Under the pieces are notes generated by a model. It searched no databases. It was not told where the DNA came from and saw only the letters and a list, made by a program, of their open reading frames with translations. Positions 9,832 to 18,873 of a stretch of DNA of 39,343 nt are shown here, in pieces; within the stretch, counting starts at the first letter, position 1; each line of letters opens with the position of its first letter. Made by a program: the position numbers and the translations under genes. Source of the DNA: Candidatus Magasanikiibacteriota bacterium. GTDB taxonomy: Bacteria; Patescibacteriota; Patescibacteriia; Magasanikbacterales; UBA922. Location: the NCBI GenBank assembly GCA_023246555.1, contig JAHFIC010000004.1, forward strand, positions 1-39,343, given 5' to 3'.

Positions 9832-10377
9832 ATGAAGGAATTTCATGCCAAACACAAGCACCATATTCGTCTGTGGATTCTTCTCGCCCTTCTAACCACG
9901 GTGAGCGGATATGTTGGGTACGGGCGATCATCGACGCCGAAACCAGAAGCCGGAAACCAAAAGTCGGAAATAACCCAGGGAAATGAATCGGTGGTTCAGA
10001 AAACACCAAACGATCAGGAAATTGTCTATACAAGCGTAGACAAACAGACGAAATTTGAGGAAACCACAGAAGCGGTATTTGTTCCGATTACTTTAGTGAT
10101 TGGTGAAGCCGAGTATATCGTACCCACCCCGCCGGACAGCACGGTTTACGCGCTCATGGAGACGGCACAAAGAAGCGGCGTCCTTCAATTTTCCAGTAAA
10201 AACTTCGGCGGCGACTTGGGCTATCTCATCGAAGAAATCAACGGCGTCAAAAATAGCGTCCGAGACAAAAAATATTGGATTTATTATATCAATGGGAAAA
10301 AAGCGGCGGTTGGAGTCTCAAACTACAAACCGCAAACGAACGACACCATCTCGTGGAAGTACGAGGACGAAGAGTGA
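9832..10377 (+). CDS. Membrane-anchored DUF4430 (transcobalamin C-terminal beta-domain-like) protein
   Basis: N-terminal TM helix, then STVYALM...GYLIEEINGVKN...KYWIYYINGKKAAVGVSNYKPQTNDTISWKY, the DUF4430 pattern. Confidence 0.85.
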   Translation: MKEFHAKHKHHIRLWILLALLTTVSGYVGYGRSSTPKPEAGNQKSEITQGNESVVQKTPNDQEIVYTSVDKQTKFEETTEAVFVPITLVIGEAEYIVPTPPDSTVYALMETAQRSGVLQFSSKNFGGDLGYLIEEINGVKNSVRDKKYWIYYINGKKAAVGVSNYKPQTNDTISWKYEDEE

Positions 10378-10411
10378 AATTTACCAATTTACTAATTTTC
10401 AAAACAAACTT

Positions 10412-13054
10412 ATGCATCTTCAGGTATATCGTCTTCTATTTATCCTCATTACCTTCCTCGGTGTCTGGAATGCCTCCCCTGCCCTGGCGGCTGATCCTGT
10501 GACTACCCACCTCACGATTCGACATGAAGATGTGATTGTTTTTGACGCCGATGTCTCCACCACAACAGAGGGAGCGACCACGGTTCTCGCAATGCTCCAG
10601 GCCGCGGATGAAGCAAGCGACGACTTTGCAATCACTGACCTGGCGTATTACGCCTCATTCAATGATTATCTCCTAAACTGTATTACATTCGGAAATCCAG
10701 AAACAAACGCCTGTTACAGTTGGAAATATGTGGTGAATGGCGAGTATCCGTTTCTTGGCATTGGCTCATACACGATTTCGGGCGGCGAATCGATTTACCT
10801 CTATTTCGGCGACCGCTATCGACTGGAGACGGAAGCTACAGAAGTGACACCGGATGATCCACTGATTGCCAGATTCTCTGAATACGATTTTGAAGCCAAC
10901 GCCTGGCTTCCCAAAGGTCAGAGTGAACTGCTTGCGACCGAGCCAATCTTACCTGATTATTCCAACTGGCCACCGGCGACCGTGCTCACAACCACAACCG
11001 ACAACGCCGGCGCCGCATCATTTCTTTTTTCCACAACCGGCACCTATTACATCACCATTCCAAATGACTACTGGCCGGGAGTAACCGTGGGGGTGATTGA
11101 CCCACCGGAAGAACCAGCGCCGTCTGTGCGACTCGTCGTGAGATATGGAGAGACATTTCTTTTTGATGAAGAAGTCGTTCTTCCGACCTCCACCGTAATT
11201 TCCTATACTGACTCGGCCACCGGCGCACCGGGAACGACCACCACGCTTCAGACATCCGTTTTGTCGCTCCTTCTCGCGACTGACGCGGCGACGAGTTCGT
11301 TATCGGTCACCCCGCCGGTGTACTACGAACAATTTGGCAGTTTTCTGGTGAATTGCATAAATGACGCGTGTTACAGTTGGAATTATGTCGTAGATGAACA
11401 ATATCCGCAGATTGGCCTGGACCAGTATCGCCTCCTCGGTGGAGAAACAATCTACGTTTATTTCAGCTCGCCGTGGCAGATCACAACGCCGTCCACAACC
11501 GTTGAAGTGGGAGAAGAAGTATCATTCGCCACTTGGCGGTATGAATACGACAATATTGAGGGATCCTGGACGCCTGACCCGAATACCAGTGTACAAATCT
11601 CTGTGCCAAATCCAGCGCCAACGGGATGGTGGGACGCGACAATTCCCGTAGCGACGATCACATCCAATGAGTCTGGTATTGCGACGACAACGTTTTCCGC
11701 GACTGGTACCTTTTCTGCAAGCATTACCTCGGCTGACTTTTCCAAGTGGAGCAGTCCGGTAACGGTGGAAGTGGTTGAGCCGGCCGTCCCACTACCGCCA
11801 GCGAACAATACTCAAAACTCGAACGGTGGTGGAACGAGTGCGCCGCCCGCATTTGACGTGCCGAGAGCCTTAATTTTCATCACCACTCAACAGAATTCAG
11901 ACGGATCGTTTGGCACACCTCTCTATACGGACTGGGCAGGAATCGCCCTTGGCGCCGTTCCCGGAACTTCTGCAGCCGAGGATCGGCTCCGCGCGTATCT
12001 TCTTACCAATCCAGACCCAGGGAGTCTGCTGACTGACATTGAACGCCGCGCTATGGCCCTTATGGCACTGGGTATTAACCCATACACAGGCACACAAACG
12101 AATTATATTGAACGCATTGTGGACAATTTCTCGAATGGTCAATTCGGTGATGTCGGTCTCTTCAACGACGACGTCTTTGCATTTTTTCCACTCATTCGCG
12201 CCGGTGTTTCTCCGAGCGATCCGCGCATCGCGAGCTCAACGGCATTTATTCTTTCTTTTCAGGAACCAAATGGCTCATGGGGAAGTGTTGATATGACTGG
12301 CGCGACGATCCAGGCCTTGGCGCTTGTTCCAGATATCCCCGGTGTTTCCGCTGCCACAGTCCGCGGAGTCGCCTACCTTGAGCAAACCGCAACCGATAAT
12401 GTGTTCTCTGCCGCGTGGAGCAATCAAGGCCTAGCGGCGGCCGGCAGGGCCGTAAATGATGCGCAACTTCTTTCGTTTCAAGAAGCTGATGGTGGCGTTA
12501 CAACAACTCCGCTTACTCCCAACAATCGTGTCTGGGGAACAAGTACCGTGATTCCGGCGGCATTGCATTTGCCATGGGGACAAATCTTGGCTGCTTTCAC
12601 GCCACCAATGCCAGCGGAAACTAATCAACAAGCGGGCGGTAACAACAGCCAGGCAAGTGGTGGTTTTGTGATTCCTCCGCAACCGGAAGAAGTCGCAACT
12701 ACGACCACCACCGGTTTGGAAGAACCGCAAACAGAAACCCCCCTTGCGCCGACAGATATTCAAGAAGGGTCGAATGATTCCACCAATGGAGAAACAGACC
12801 AAACACCGGTGGCATCTCAACCATCAGCCGATCCGACCGCGTCTGCCAATTCATACACGCCACCGCCGACATCCGAAGAAACGCCAGCTACAACGGCAGA
12901 TGAGATCACGGCAACACTCCCCGCTTCCGAAAAAACTGTTCTGTCGCAAAATCCGATTCAGGAAGCGGCCAGAGATGTGTTTGCCGGCTCGGCTAGTATG
13001 ACTGCTGGTCTCGGCCTATATCTCGCTTGGCGATTTCTTAAATTCATCGTATAG
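10412..13054 (+). CDS. Large surface protein: signal peptide, two DUF4430-like domains, prenyltransferase/squalene-oxidase-repeat alpha/alpha barrel, P/T-rich stalk, C-terminal TM anchor
   Basis: Signal MHLQVYRLLFILITFLGVWNASPALA; repeated CYSW[KN]YVV...YP..G...Y...GGE.IY.YF; QQNSDGSFG, QEPNGSWG and QEADGG repeats; C-terminal AGLGLYLAWRFLKFIV. Confidence 0.8.
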   Translation: MHLQVYRLLFILITFLGVWNASPALAADPVTTHLTIRHEDVIVFDADVSTTTEGATTVLAMLQAADEASDDFAITDLAYYASFNDYLLNCITFGNPETNACYSWKYVVNGEYPFLGIGSYTISGGESIYLYFGDRYRLETEATEVTPDDPLIARFSEYDFEANAWLPKGQSELLATEPILPDYSNWPPATVLTTTTDNAGAASFLFSTTGTYYITIPNDYWPGVTVGVIDPPEEPAPSVRLVVRYGETFLFDEEVVLPTSTVISYTDSATGAPGTTTTLQTSVLSLLLATDAATSSLSVTPPVYYEQFGSFLVNCINDACYSWNYVVDEQYPQIGLDQYRLLGGETIYVYFSSPWQITTPSTTVEVGEEVSFATWRYEYDNIEGSWTPDPNTSVQISVPNPAPTGWWDATIPVATITSNESGIATTTFSATGTFSASITSADFSKWSSPVTVEVVEPAVPLPPANNTQNSNGGGTSAPPAFDVPRALIFITTQQNSDGSFGTPLYTDWAGIALGAVPGTSAAEDRLRAYLLTNPDPGSLLTDIERRAMALMALGINPYTGTQTNYIERIVDNFSNGQFGDVGLFNDDVFAFFPLIRAGVSPSDPRIASSTAFILSFQEPNGSWGSVDMTGATIQALALVPDIPGVSAATVRGVAYLEQTATDNVFSAAWSNQGLAAAGRAVNDAQLLSFQEADGGVTTTPLTPNNRVWGTSTVIPAALHLPWGQILAAFTPPMPAETNQQAGGNNSQASGGFVIPPQPEEVATTTTTGLEEPQTETPLAPTDIQEGSNDSTNGETDQTPVASQPSADPTASANSYTPPPTSEETPATTADEITATLPASEKTVLSQNPIQEAARDVFAGSASMTAGLGLYLAWRFLKFIV

Positions 13055-13077
13055 TTTCACTATCTCCATCTATTAAT

Positions 13078-13611
13078 ATGCAAAAAAAACTTGACTACAT
13101 CCTCGTGTTCTTCCTCATCGCCCTGGGCGCAACCGCGCGGCTTTTTCCGCATCCGGCAAATGTCGCGCCCATCGGCGCGATCGCCCTCTTCGCCGGACTG
13201 TATCTGCCCCGCCGCCTGTCGCTTATCGTTCCCCTTTTTGCAATGTTTTTGAGCGATCTTGTCATCGGCTTTTACAGTCTGCCAATTATGACGGCGGTTT
13301 ACGGAAGTTTCCTTGTCTCGATCGCCATTGCGCGCATCATGAAAAGAAAAAAAACTATTCCGTTTCTCATCGGTGGTACGACGCTTGGCGCGATTGTCTT
13401 TTTCCTTTTGACCAATGCCGCGGTCTGGGCTTTTGGAACAATGTATTCGCACAGCCTTTCAGGCCTTGCGCACAGCTACAGTAGGGCTATTCCGTTCTTT
13501 CGAAACAGTCTCGTGGGAGATCTCTTTTTTGTCGGTCTTCTTATTGGTGGGTATGAACTCCTAGCCAAACTTCATCGGCGGCGGTTCGTTCACCTCTTCG
13601 AGCGAACCTGA
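13078..13611 (+). CDS. DUF6580-family membrane protein (ECF S-component-like putative transporter)
   Basis: RLFPHPANVAPIGAIALFAG, SDLVIGFY, FFLLTNAAVW, Y..AIPFFRNSLVGDL; 177 aa, about 5-6 TM segments. Confidence 0.8.
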   Translation: MQKKLDYILVFFLIALGATARLFPHPANVAPIGAIALFAGLYLPRRLSLIVPLFAMFLSDLVIGFYSLPIMTAVYGSFLVSIAIARIMKRKKTIPFLIGGTTLGAIVFFLLTNAAVWAFGTMYSHSLSGLAHSYSRAIPFFRNSLVGDLFFVGLLIGGYELLAKLHRRRFVHLFERT

Positions 13612-14952
13612 AATTGGAGCCACCACCCGTTCGATCGGCAGTGTTGCCGGCGGTTCGGCGCGCTTGCCCTCAATTTTCTGCAGGGATGGGGTCTTGATGT
13701 GCGACATGGGAAAATGCCAGATCGTGGCCAATTCTTCAATATTCAAAATAAATGGATTCGCACCCACCTTCATTTTGCGCTTTTTGTAGGCATTCATGAG
13801 GAGCCGTTTACGATAATTCGCGCGCCACACAGCGCCGACATACGACGTGTGCACCCCATACGTTGGCGCCAAAGAATTCGCTGATGGGATATTGAATTGA
13901 TTGATCGCGCCAATGAGCGCCGATACCGCCCGCTGAACTTTAAACACTTCCTTTCGCGCAATATACACGCCGCGCATTTTTGTTTTGAACCCAATCTTTG
14001 AAATTTTTTCTTCGATCCCTTCAACAAGTTTGCTTTCCCCAGGTGTTAAATATTGTATCTTATTGGGCGGACCGCTGTCATCATTGGATTCCGCGTGGGC
14101 ATCTTCCTCACCGCCAAAAATCTGCTGCCCGGCGAATTCCAACACCTTGATTGGTGCGTTAGCCAGCGCTTGGAGTATCTGCGATCCACCATGATGCCCA
14201 TGGCCCGTATCGCCAACAAGTTCTTTCACTTTGGCAATACCCTTCTCCTTCCAGTCATTGCCTGTCGGCTGAACAAGAATTTGGAACCAAAGTTGTTCGC
14301 CGGGGCCAATGCGCGTAAAACTTTCCAAAAATGCCGCCATCGGATCTTTCAATTGCGTATCTTTTGAAATGGTATGTTCAAAGTCCTGATAGGTGCGAAG
14401 CGGGTAGGTGTCGGATTCTGTAAGGGTAAAGTCAGCGCCCCACATGTTGTGCGTTTCATTCGGAAACTGGGTTGGAACACTCGTCACATAATCATCAACT
14501 TCTGTAATTTCCACCTCCGGATATTGAGCGTACACCGCCGCTTCGACCAGATCGCGAAATGTTTCTTCGGTGCGAATAAGAAACTGAATATATCCTTCGA
14601 TGCTGATAATTTCAAAGCTAAAATGCGGTTGTTTATACCCGTGCCAAAACTTTTTTGCGATGTCCTCATGCTCATGCGCTCCTGCCAAGTGCGCAAAAAT
14701 TTGTTCTACGGCTTTTGGTGTCTGCACATTAAGGAGCGGAATATCGACTGCCAGGACTACCCATTTCCAATGGGCGGTATATCGCGATTCTTTCCATTCC
14801 ACCCACATCGCAAGGCCGGCAAAAAAAAGGAGATGGAATAAAATAAGCCAACCACCCATGGCAGTAATTTGAGAAATGATCTCCCACGTCGACTGTTCAG
14901 AAAAAAAACGATTGATTTGATCGACGTCAATGTAGAGCGGCCCAAATTGCAT
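13561..14952 (-). CDS. Conserved CPR-type membrane-anchored protein resembling the N-terminal region of VirD4/HerA-like ATPase fusions
   Basis: N-terminal TM; PKAVEQIFAHL, SFEIISIEG.IQF, AVYAQYPEVEITEVDDY, ILNIEELATIWHFP; no Walker A motif seen. Confidence 0.6.
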   Translation of the reverse strand: MQFGPLYIDVDQINRFFSEQSTWEIISQITAMGGWLILFHLLFFAGLAMWVEWKESRYTAHWKWVVLAVDIPLLNVQTPKAVEQIFAHLAGAHEHEDIAKKFWHGYKQPHFSFEIISIEGYIQFLIRTEETFRDLVEAAVYAQYPEVEITEVDDYVTSVPTQFPNETHNMWGADFTLTESDTYPLRTYQDFEHTISKDTQLKDPMAAFLESFTRIGPGEQLWFQILVQPTGNDWKEKGIAKVKELVGDTGHGHHGGSQILQALANAPIKVLEFAGQQIFGGEEDAHAESNDDSGPPNKIQYLTPGESKLVEGIEEKISKIGFKTKMRGVYIARKEVFKVQRAVSALIGAINQFNIPSANSLAPTYGVHTSYVGAVWRANYRKRLLMNAYKKRKMKVGANPFILNIEELATIWHFPMSHIKTPSLQKIEGKRAEPPATLPIERVVAPISGSLEEVNEPPPMKFG

Positions 14953-15020
14953 AGCTACTAAAGCTTCAAAGCTACTAAAGCTTCAGAAGCTGGGGAAGCT
15001 CCGAAAGCTTTGGAAGCTTT
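14953..15020. repeat. AGCT-centred 8-9 bp tandem repeat array
   Basis: agctactaa agcttcaa agctactaa agcttcaga agctgggga agctccgaa agctttgga agctt fills the whole intergenic gap. Confidence 0.85.
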
Positions 15021-15199
15021 CAATGATGCCCTCCGCCGCCGGCGGTAACCAAACCATAGATAACAAAATAGACACCGATCACGGAGATCCCTGCCCACCA
15101 CCATTCGTGAATGCCAGCAACATAGCCCGAAAAATAAACCAGTCCGGCAATGAGCGTACCGACAAACGCCACGAAATGTCGTATAAAATTTTCTGTCAT
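15020..15199 (-). CDS. Small two-TM membrane protein (59 aa), not in the ORF track
   Basis: MTENFIRHFVAFVGTLIAGLVYFSGYVAGIHEWWWAGISVIGVYFVIYGLVTAGGGGHH*; co-oriented between secF and the next gene. Confidence 0.7.
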   Translation of the reverse strand: MTENFIRHFVAFVGTLIAGLVYFSGYVAGIHEWWWAGISVIGVYFVIYGLVTAGGGGHH

Positions 15200-15203
15200 A
15201 CTA

Positions 15204-15305
15204 TAGCTACTTTAGCTTCAAAAGCTGCTGAAGCTTCAAAGGCTTTTGTATTGTACCACAAAAAAACTTCGGAAGCTAATAAAGGCTTCGGAAGCTTTGG
15301 AAGCT
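15204..15305. repeat. Second AGCT-centred ~9 bp repeat array, in two blocks
   Basis: tagctactt tagcttcaa aagctgctg aagcttcaa aggctttt ... aacttcgg aagctaata aaggcttcgg aagctttgg aagct. Confidence 0.8.
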
Positions 15306-16296
15306 AAGCAGTAGCGAGCCGTTTCTGCCGCCATTCCTCCCATGCGACGAGGATAGCGCTCGCGACAAACACCGATGAATAGGTACCGAACCCGATGCCA
15401 ATAATAAGAGCCAGTGCGAAATAATGTATGGAAAGACCTCCAAAAATATACAGGGCGACGAGAACCAGGAGAATAGTCAAGGAAGTGTTAATGGAACGCG
15501 CTAGTGTCTCTTGCACTGCTCGCGAGACCACAGCGCCGAAGGCCTGCCCGCGATAGCGAATCAGGTTCTCGCGAATGCGATCAAAAACGACAATCGTATC
15601 ATTCACCGAGTAGCCAAGAATTGTCATGAGTGCTACCACAAACGGCACGTCTACTTCTACACCACGGTATTTCCCCAGAAACGCGAAGACACCGGCAGTA
15701 ATGACGACATCGTGTATCAAGGCAATAATCGTCGAAAGACCGTATTTCCAGGACGCGACTGGCTTTGAAACCCGCCGAAAGGCATATGCGACAAATAAGA
15801 GAATCGCGACATTGACTGCCAAAAGCATAACAAACGATCGACTCCGAAGTTGGGAGCTAATAGACGGCCCGATGGTTTCGATACGTTCTTCAAGAATATC
15901 CGGCAATGCTTTTGCTCCGAATGCCGCCCCAGTAAGCTCTTCCCCACCTTCGGTGACGATCGTGACCGGAGCGCTCGCTTCTTTTCCAAACACCGTACGG
16001 ATCGTTCCAAGAATCTGTTGATGCTCTGCTTCGGAAATAAATCGCATCTTCAGAATCATGTTTTTTTCTTTTGTGGGCTGAATAACCATCACCCCGAGAT
16101 TGAGCGGCCGCAGGGCATCTTCCATTGCGGTTGTTTCTGGTCGCTCTCCGGCAAACGAAATTTCGAGCAGTGAGCCGCCAGTAAAATCAAGCCCTGGTTT
16201 TAGACCGTACGCGATGAGAGCAACCACTGCCACAAGAAAAACAGTACCTGAAAAAAGAAACGTGAATTTTTTATACTGAATCAAATCAATCATCAT
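15304..16296 (-). CDS. secF: Protein translocase subunit SecF
   Basis: GLDFTGGS, IGPSIS, ALIHDV, ILGYSVNDTIVVFDRIREN, TLARSINTS, GTYSSVFVA. Confidence 0.96.
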   Translation of the reverse strand: MMIDLIQYKKFTFLFSGTVFLVAVVALIAYGLKPGLDFTGGSLLEISFAGERPETTAMEDALRPLNLGVMVIQPTKEKNMILKMRFISEAEHQQILGTIRTVFGKEASAPVTIVTEGGEELTGAAFGAKALPDILEERIETIGPSISSQLRSRSFVMLLAVNVAILLFVAYAFRRVSKPVASWKYGLSTIIALIHDVVITAGVFAFLGKYRGVEVDVPFVVALMTILGYSVNDTIVVFDRIRENLIRYRGQAFGAVVSRAVQETLARSINTSLTILLVLVALYIFGGLSIHYFALALIIGIGFGTYSSVFVASAILVAWEEWRQKRLATA

Positions 16297-16305
16297 AGAG
16301 AGATA

Positions 16306-18366
16306 TCACGAATTCTTGTTATCTGCCGGATGCGCTTTTGCACCCAAAAACAGCCGATTGGCAAACTCCGGAAACCACGGAACGACAAACCGCAAAAAAA
16401 CACGGCTGACCGTAACGGCGGAGAATAGACTCATAAGCACCCCGATGGCAAGCGTAATCGCGAACCCTTTCACAAAGCTAATACCAAACCACAAGAGAAG
16501 ACTGCAGCTAATGAGCGTTGAAAGATGGCTGTCCCGAATGGAGGACCACGCACGTAAAAATCCTTCTTCCACCGCCGCCCGGAGACTTTTGCCACTTCGC
16601 AATTCTTCTTTCATGCGTTCAAAAATAAGAACATTCGCATCAACGGCAGCGCCAATAGAAAGAACAAAACCAGCAATGCCTGCCAAAGTGAGTGTAATGC
16701 CGAAGAGTTTAAATATGGCCAGGCTCACCGTGATATACACCAGAAGCGCAATCGCAGAAATCAACCCCGGCAAACGATAATACAGCACCATAAAAAGAAT
16801 CACCAGGAGAAAACCAGCGATGCCCGCATGCAAACTCTTGGTGATAGAATCCGCGCCAAGCGTAGCCCCGAGCGACTGCTGACCAATAAGCTCTACCGGC
16901 ACAGGCAGAGCGCCCGCATTCAAACGTTGCGTAAGGAGTCTTGCTTCAGCAATCGTGAAGTTCCCCGTAATGACTGCTTTACCCTCCGCAATTGCCTGCT
17001 GTACCGTAGGGATGCTAATTGGCTGTCCATCTAAGAAAATTGCAACTGGTTTCCCGACATTTCTTGTGGTAATTTCTTCAAACAACTTTCTCCCCTCTTC
17101 ATTGAATGTGAGGGACACCTGTACCGCGCCCGTCGTCGGATCTTGAACCACTTCAGAACGCGCCAACTGCTTCCCGGACAAACCGGTATTTTTCCATGGA
17201 TCGACAGGAGGGAGAAAATCAGCCTCACTTTTCGTGCGAACAAGAATGCGGGAGATATCGTATTCTTGTGGTGTCTCTTCGGCAGTTTTCCAAATAATGT
17301 GATATCCGAATTGCGTCTCAACTGGTCCGATAATTTCTCCGACTTTTGCTCCAAAAATTGCAGATTCAAATGTCGGTACCATGGCGCCTTTTGGGAAAAA
17401 TCCCAAATCACCGCTATTATCGCGATTGCTGGCATCCGCGGAATATTCTTTGGCCAACGCCGCGAAGGTGTCCGCATTCGCTTGCGTATATATTTCCTGT
17501 GCTTTGGCGAATGCCTCTTCTTTTGTGTATTTGGTATCCGTACAGCTTGTGGAACCAAGATAACAGATCAAGATGTGACTGGCGCGCACTTCGGAAGCAC
17601 CTGCCTTTTCCACCCCACGCTTGGCAATACTATAACCGTCGGCTGTCCGGATGAGGGTTGATGAGATCTGTTCTTCTTTGGCTGTTTTTGCCCATTCATA
17701 GAGAGCAGCAAACGGGGTGCTTTTACCGATGGAGCCTAAGAAGCCGCCATTGTTTTTGCTCTGCTCATCTTCAGATGATTCTTTTGCAACCGCGGCAAAA
17801 TCAGCCCCACCACGGACTTTTTTCAACAACTCTTTTCCTCGTTTTTCCGCGTCTTTGTTCATTGCATCAAGCTGTTGTTTTTCCTCTGCCGTAAGCTCGC
17901 GAGGTGGGTCGGTATTTCCTTCACGAAATTCCAAAATCGGTGTTTCACCAATCATGGCGATGGCCTCTGCCACATCTGAAACCCCCGGCAATTCAACAAT
18001 CAGTCGAAATTCATCGCCAACTTTTGTGTTTTGAATATTTGGCTCTCCAACACCAAGGCCATTGACCCGGCGATCAATAACGTCACGCACGCCCTCTACG
18101 GCCTGCGCGCGATCAGCCTCTGGAATATCCGAAACATCTGCCGCATATGAAAGTTGGGTTCCTCCTTGAAGATCAAGCCCAAGACGAAAATTCTTTTCCG
18201 GAATGTGCGGCAATCCTAAAGCCACGGATTGATTAATAAGATCAATCGCTCGGTTGGTATACCCGGGAGCAACAAACATTCCGGCAATGATCAGGAGACC
18301 AAAAACACCGGCAATCCCCCATCGGATTTTCGCGCGTAATTTCGATGCAACCTCAACCCTCGGCAT
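16306..18366 (-). CDS. secD: Protein translocase subunit SecD with inserted tandem parvulin PPIase domains
   Basis: LGLDLQGG, RVNGLGVGEP, LNAGALPVP, IGAAVDANVLIFERMKEE, VKGFAITL; the insert carries FAAVAKESSED..SKNNGGFLG and VRASHILI...SGDLGFFPKGAMVPTFESAIF...GPVETQFGYHII. Confidence 0.93.
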   Translation of the reverse strand: MPRVEVASKLRAKIRWGIAGVFGLLIIAGMFVAPGYTNRAIDLINQSVALGLPHIPEKNFRLGLDLQGGTQLSYAADVSDIPEADRAQAVEGVRDVIDRRVNGLGVGEPNIQNTKVGDEFRLIVELPGVSDVAEAIAMIGETPILEFREGNTDPPRELTAEEKQQLDAMNKDAEKRGKELLKKVRGGADFAAVAKESSEDEQSKNNGGFLGSIGKSTPFAALYEWAKTAKEEQISSTLIRTADGYSIAKRGVEKAGASEVRASHILICYLGSTSCTDTKYTKEEAFAKAQEIYTQANADTFAALAKEYSADASNRDNSGDLGFFPKGAMVPTFESAIFGAKVGEIIGPVETQFGYHIIWKTAEETPQEYDISRILVRTKSEADFLPPVDPWKNTGLSGKQLARSEVVQDPTTGAVQVSLTFNEEGRKLFEEITTRNVGKPVAIFLDGQPISIPTVQQAIAEGKAVITGNFTIAEARLLTQRLNAGALPVPVELIGQQSLGATLGADSITKSLHAGIAGFLLVILFMVLYYRLPGLISAIALLVYITVSLAIFKLFGITLTLAGIAGFVLSIGAAVDANVLIFERMKEELRSGKSLRAAVEEGFLRAWSSIRDSHLSTLISCSLLLWFGISFVKGFAITLAIGVLMSLFSAVTVSRVFLRFVVPWFPEFANRLFLGAKAHPADNKNS

Positions 18367-18411
18367 ACAAATAATTTCAAAGCAAAGTGGAATTATTGTA
18401 CGATAGTGTGT

Positions 18412-18873
18412 TTAATCCGTCAAGGACGGCCTATCCCAGTAGTGCCGGCCATGTCGATAGGCATCAATTTTCAATTGTGCCGGGCCAAACAGCGGATCCG
18501 GAAGCGCATTGATGTCATACCATTGCCAACCACAAATTTTCTCCGGTTCAAGATTCTGCGGCTCTCCAAAAGCCCAGTCCGCGACAATGCCGATATCCAC
18601 ATAGTGCTTCGGCGCGTACCAATCGAGGTTTGCAAGCGACAGAAAACGAATGTTCTTGATTTCGACGCCGCACTCTTCGCGTGTTTCCCGCCTTGCGCAA
18701 TCCTCAAATGATTCCATGTATTCCAGATGCCCGCCCGGAAAGGAATAATCGCCCGCGCCGTGCGAACCGATTCTTCGGCCAACCAAAATTTTTTTATCTT
18801 TAAAAATAAGGACGCCGATGCCGACTCGGGGATATTTCTGAACTTCAATATTTGGAGATACATTATTGTCCAT
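18412..18873 (-). CDS. NUDIX hydrolase (NUDT15/MTH2-like nucleotide pool sanitiser)
   Basis: [31 protein letters not shown] Nudix box, [12 protein letters not shown]. Start at ATG 18873, overlapping the secA stop. Confidence 0.85.
   Translation of the reverse strand: MDNNVSPNIEVQKYPRVGIGVLIFKDKKILVGRRIGSHGAGDYSFPGGHLEYMESFEDCARRETREECGVEIKNIRFLSLANLDWYAPKHYVDIGIVADWAFGEPQNLEPEKICGWQWYDINALPDPLFGPAQLKIDAYRHGRHYWDRPSLTD

Noticed and set aside
10100-10411. ORF-track N-terminal extension of the 984-aa ORF, suggesting overlap or frameshift fusion with the DUF4430 gene
   Set aside because: A clear signal peptide begins at ATG 10412; the extension is an alternative frame of the upstream gene
14953-15305. 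Possible CRISPR array or iteron-type origin
   Set aside because: Units are about 9 bp and degenerate, with no unique spacers and no rep or cas gene nearby
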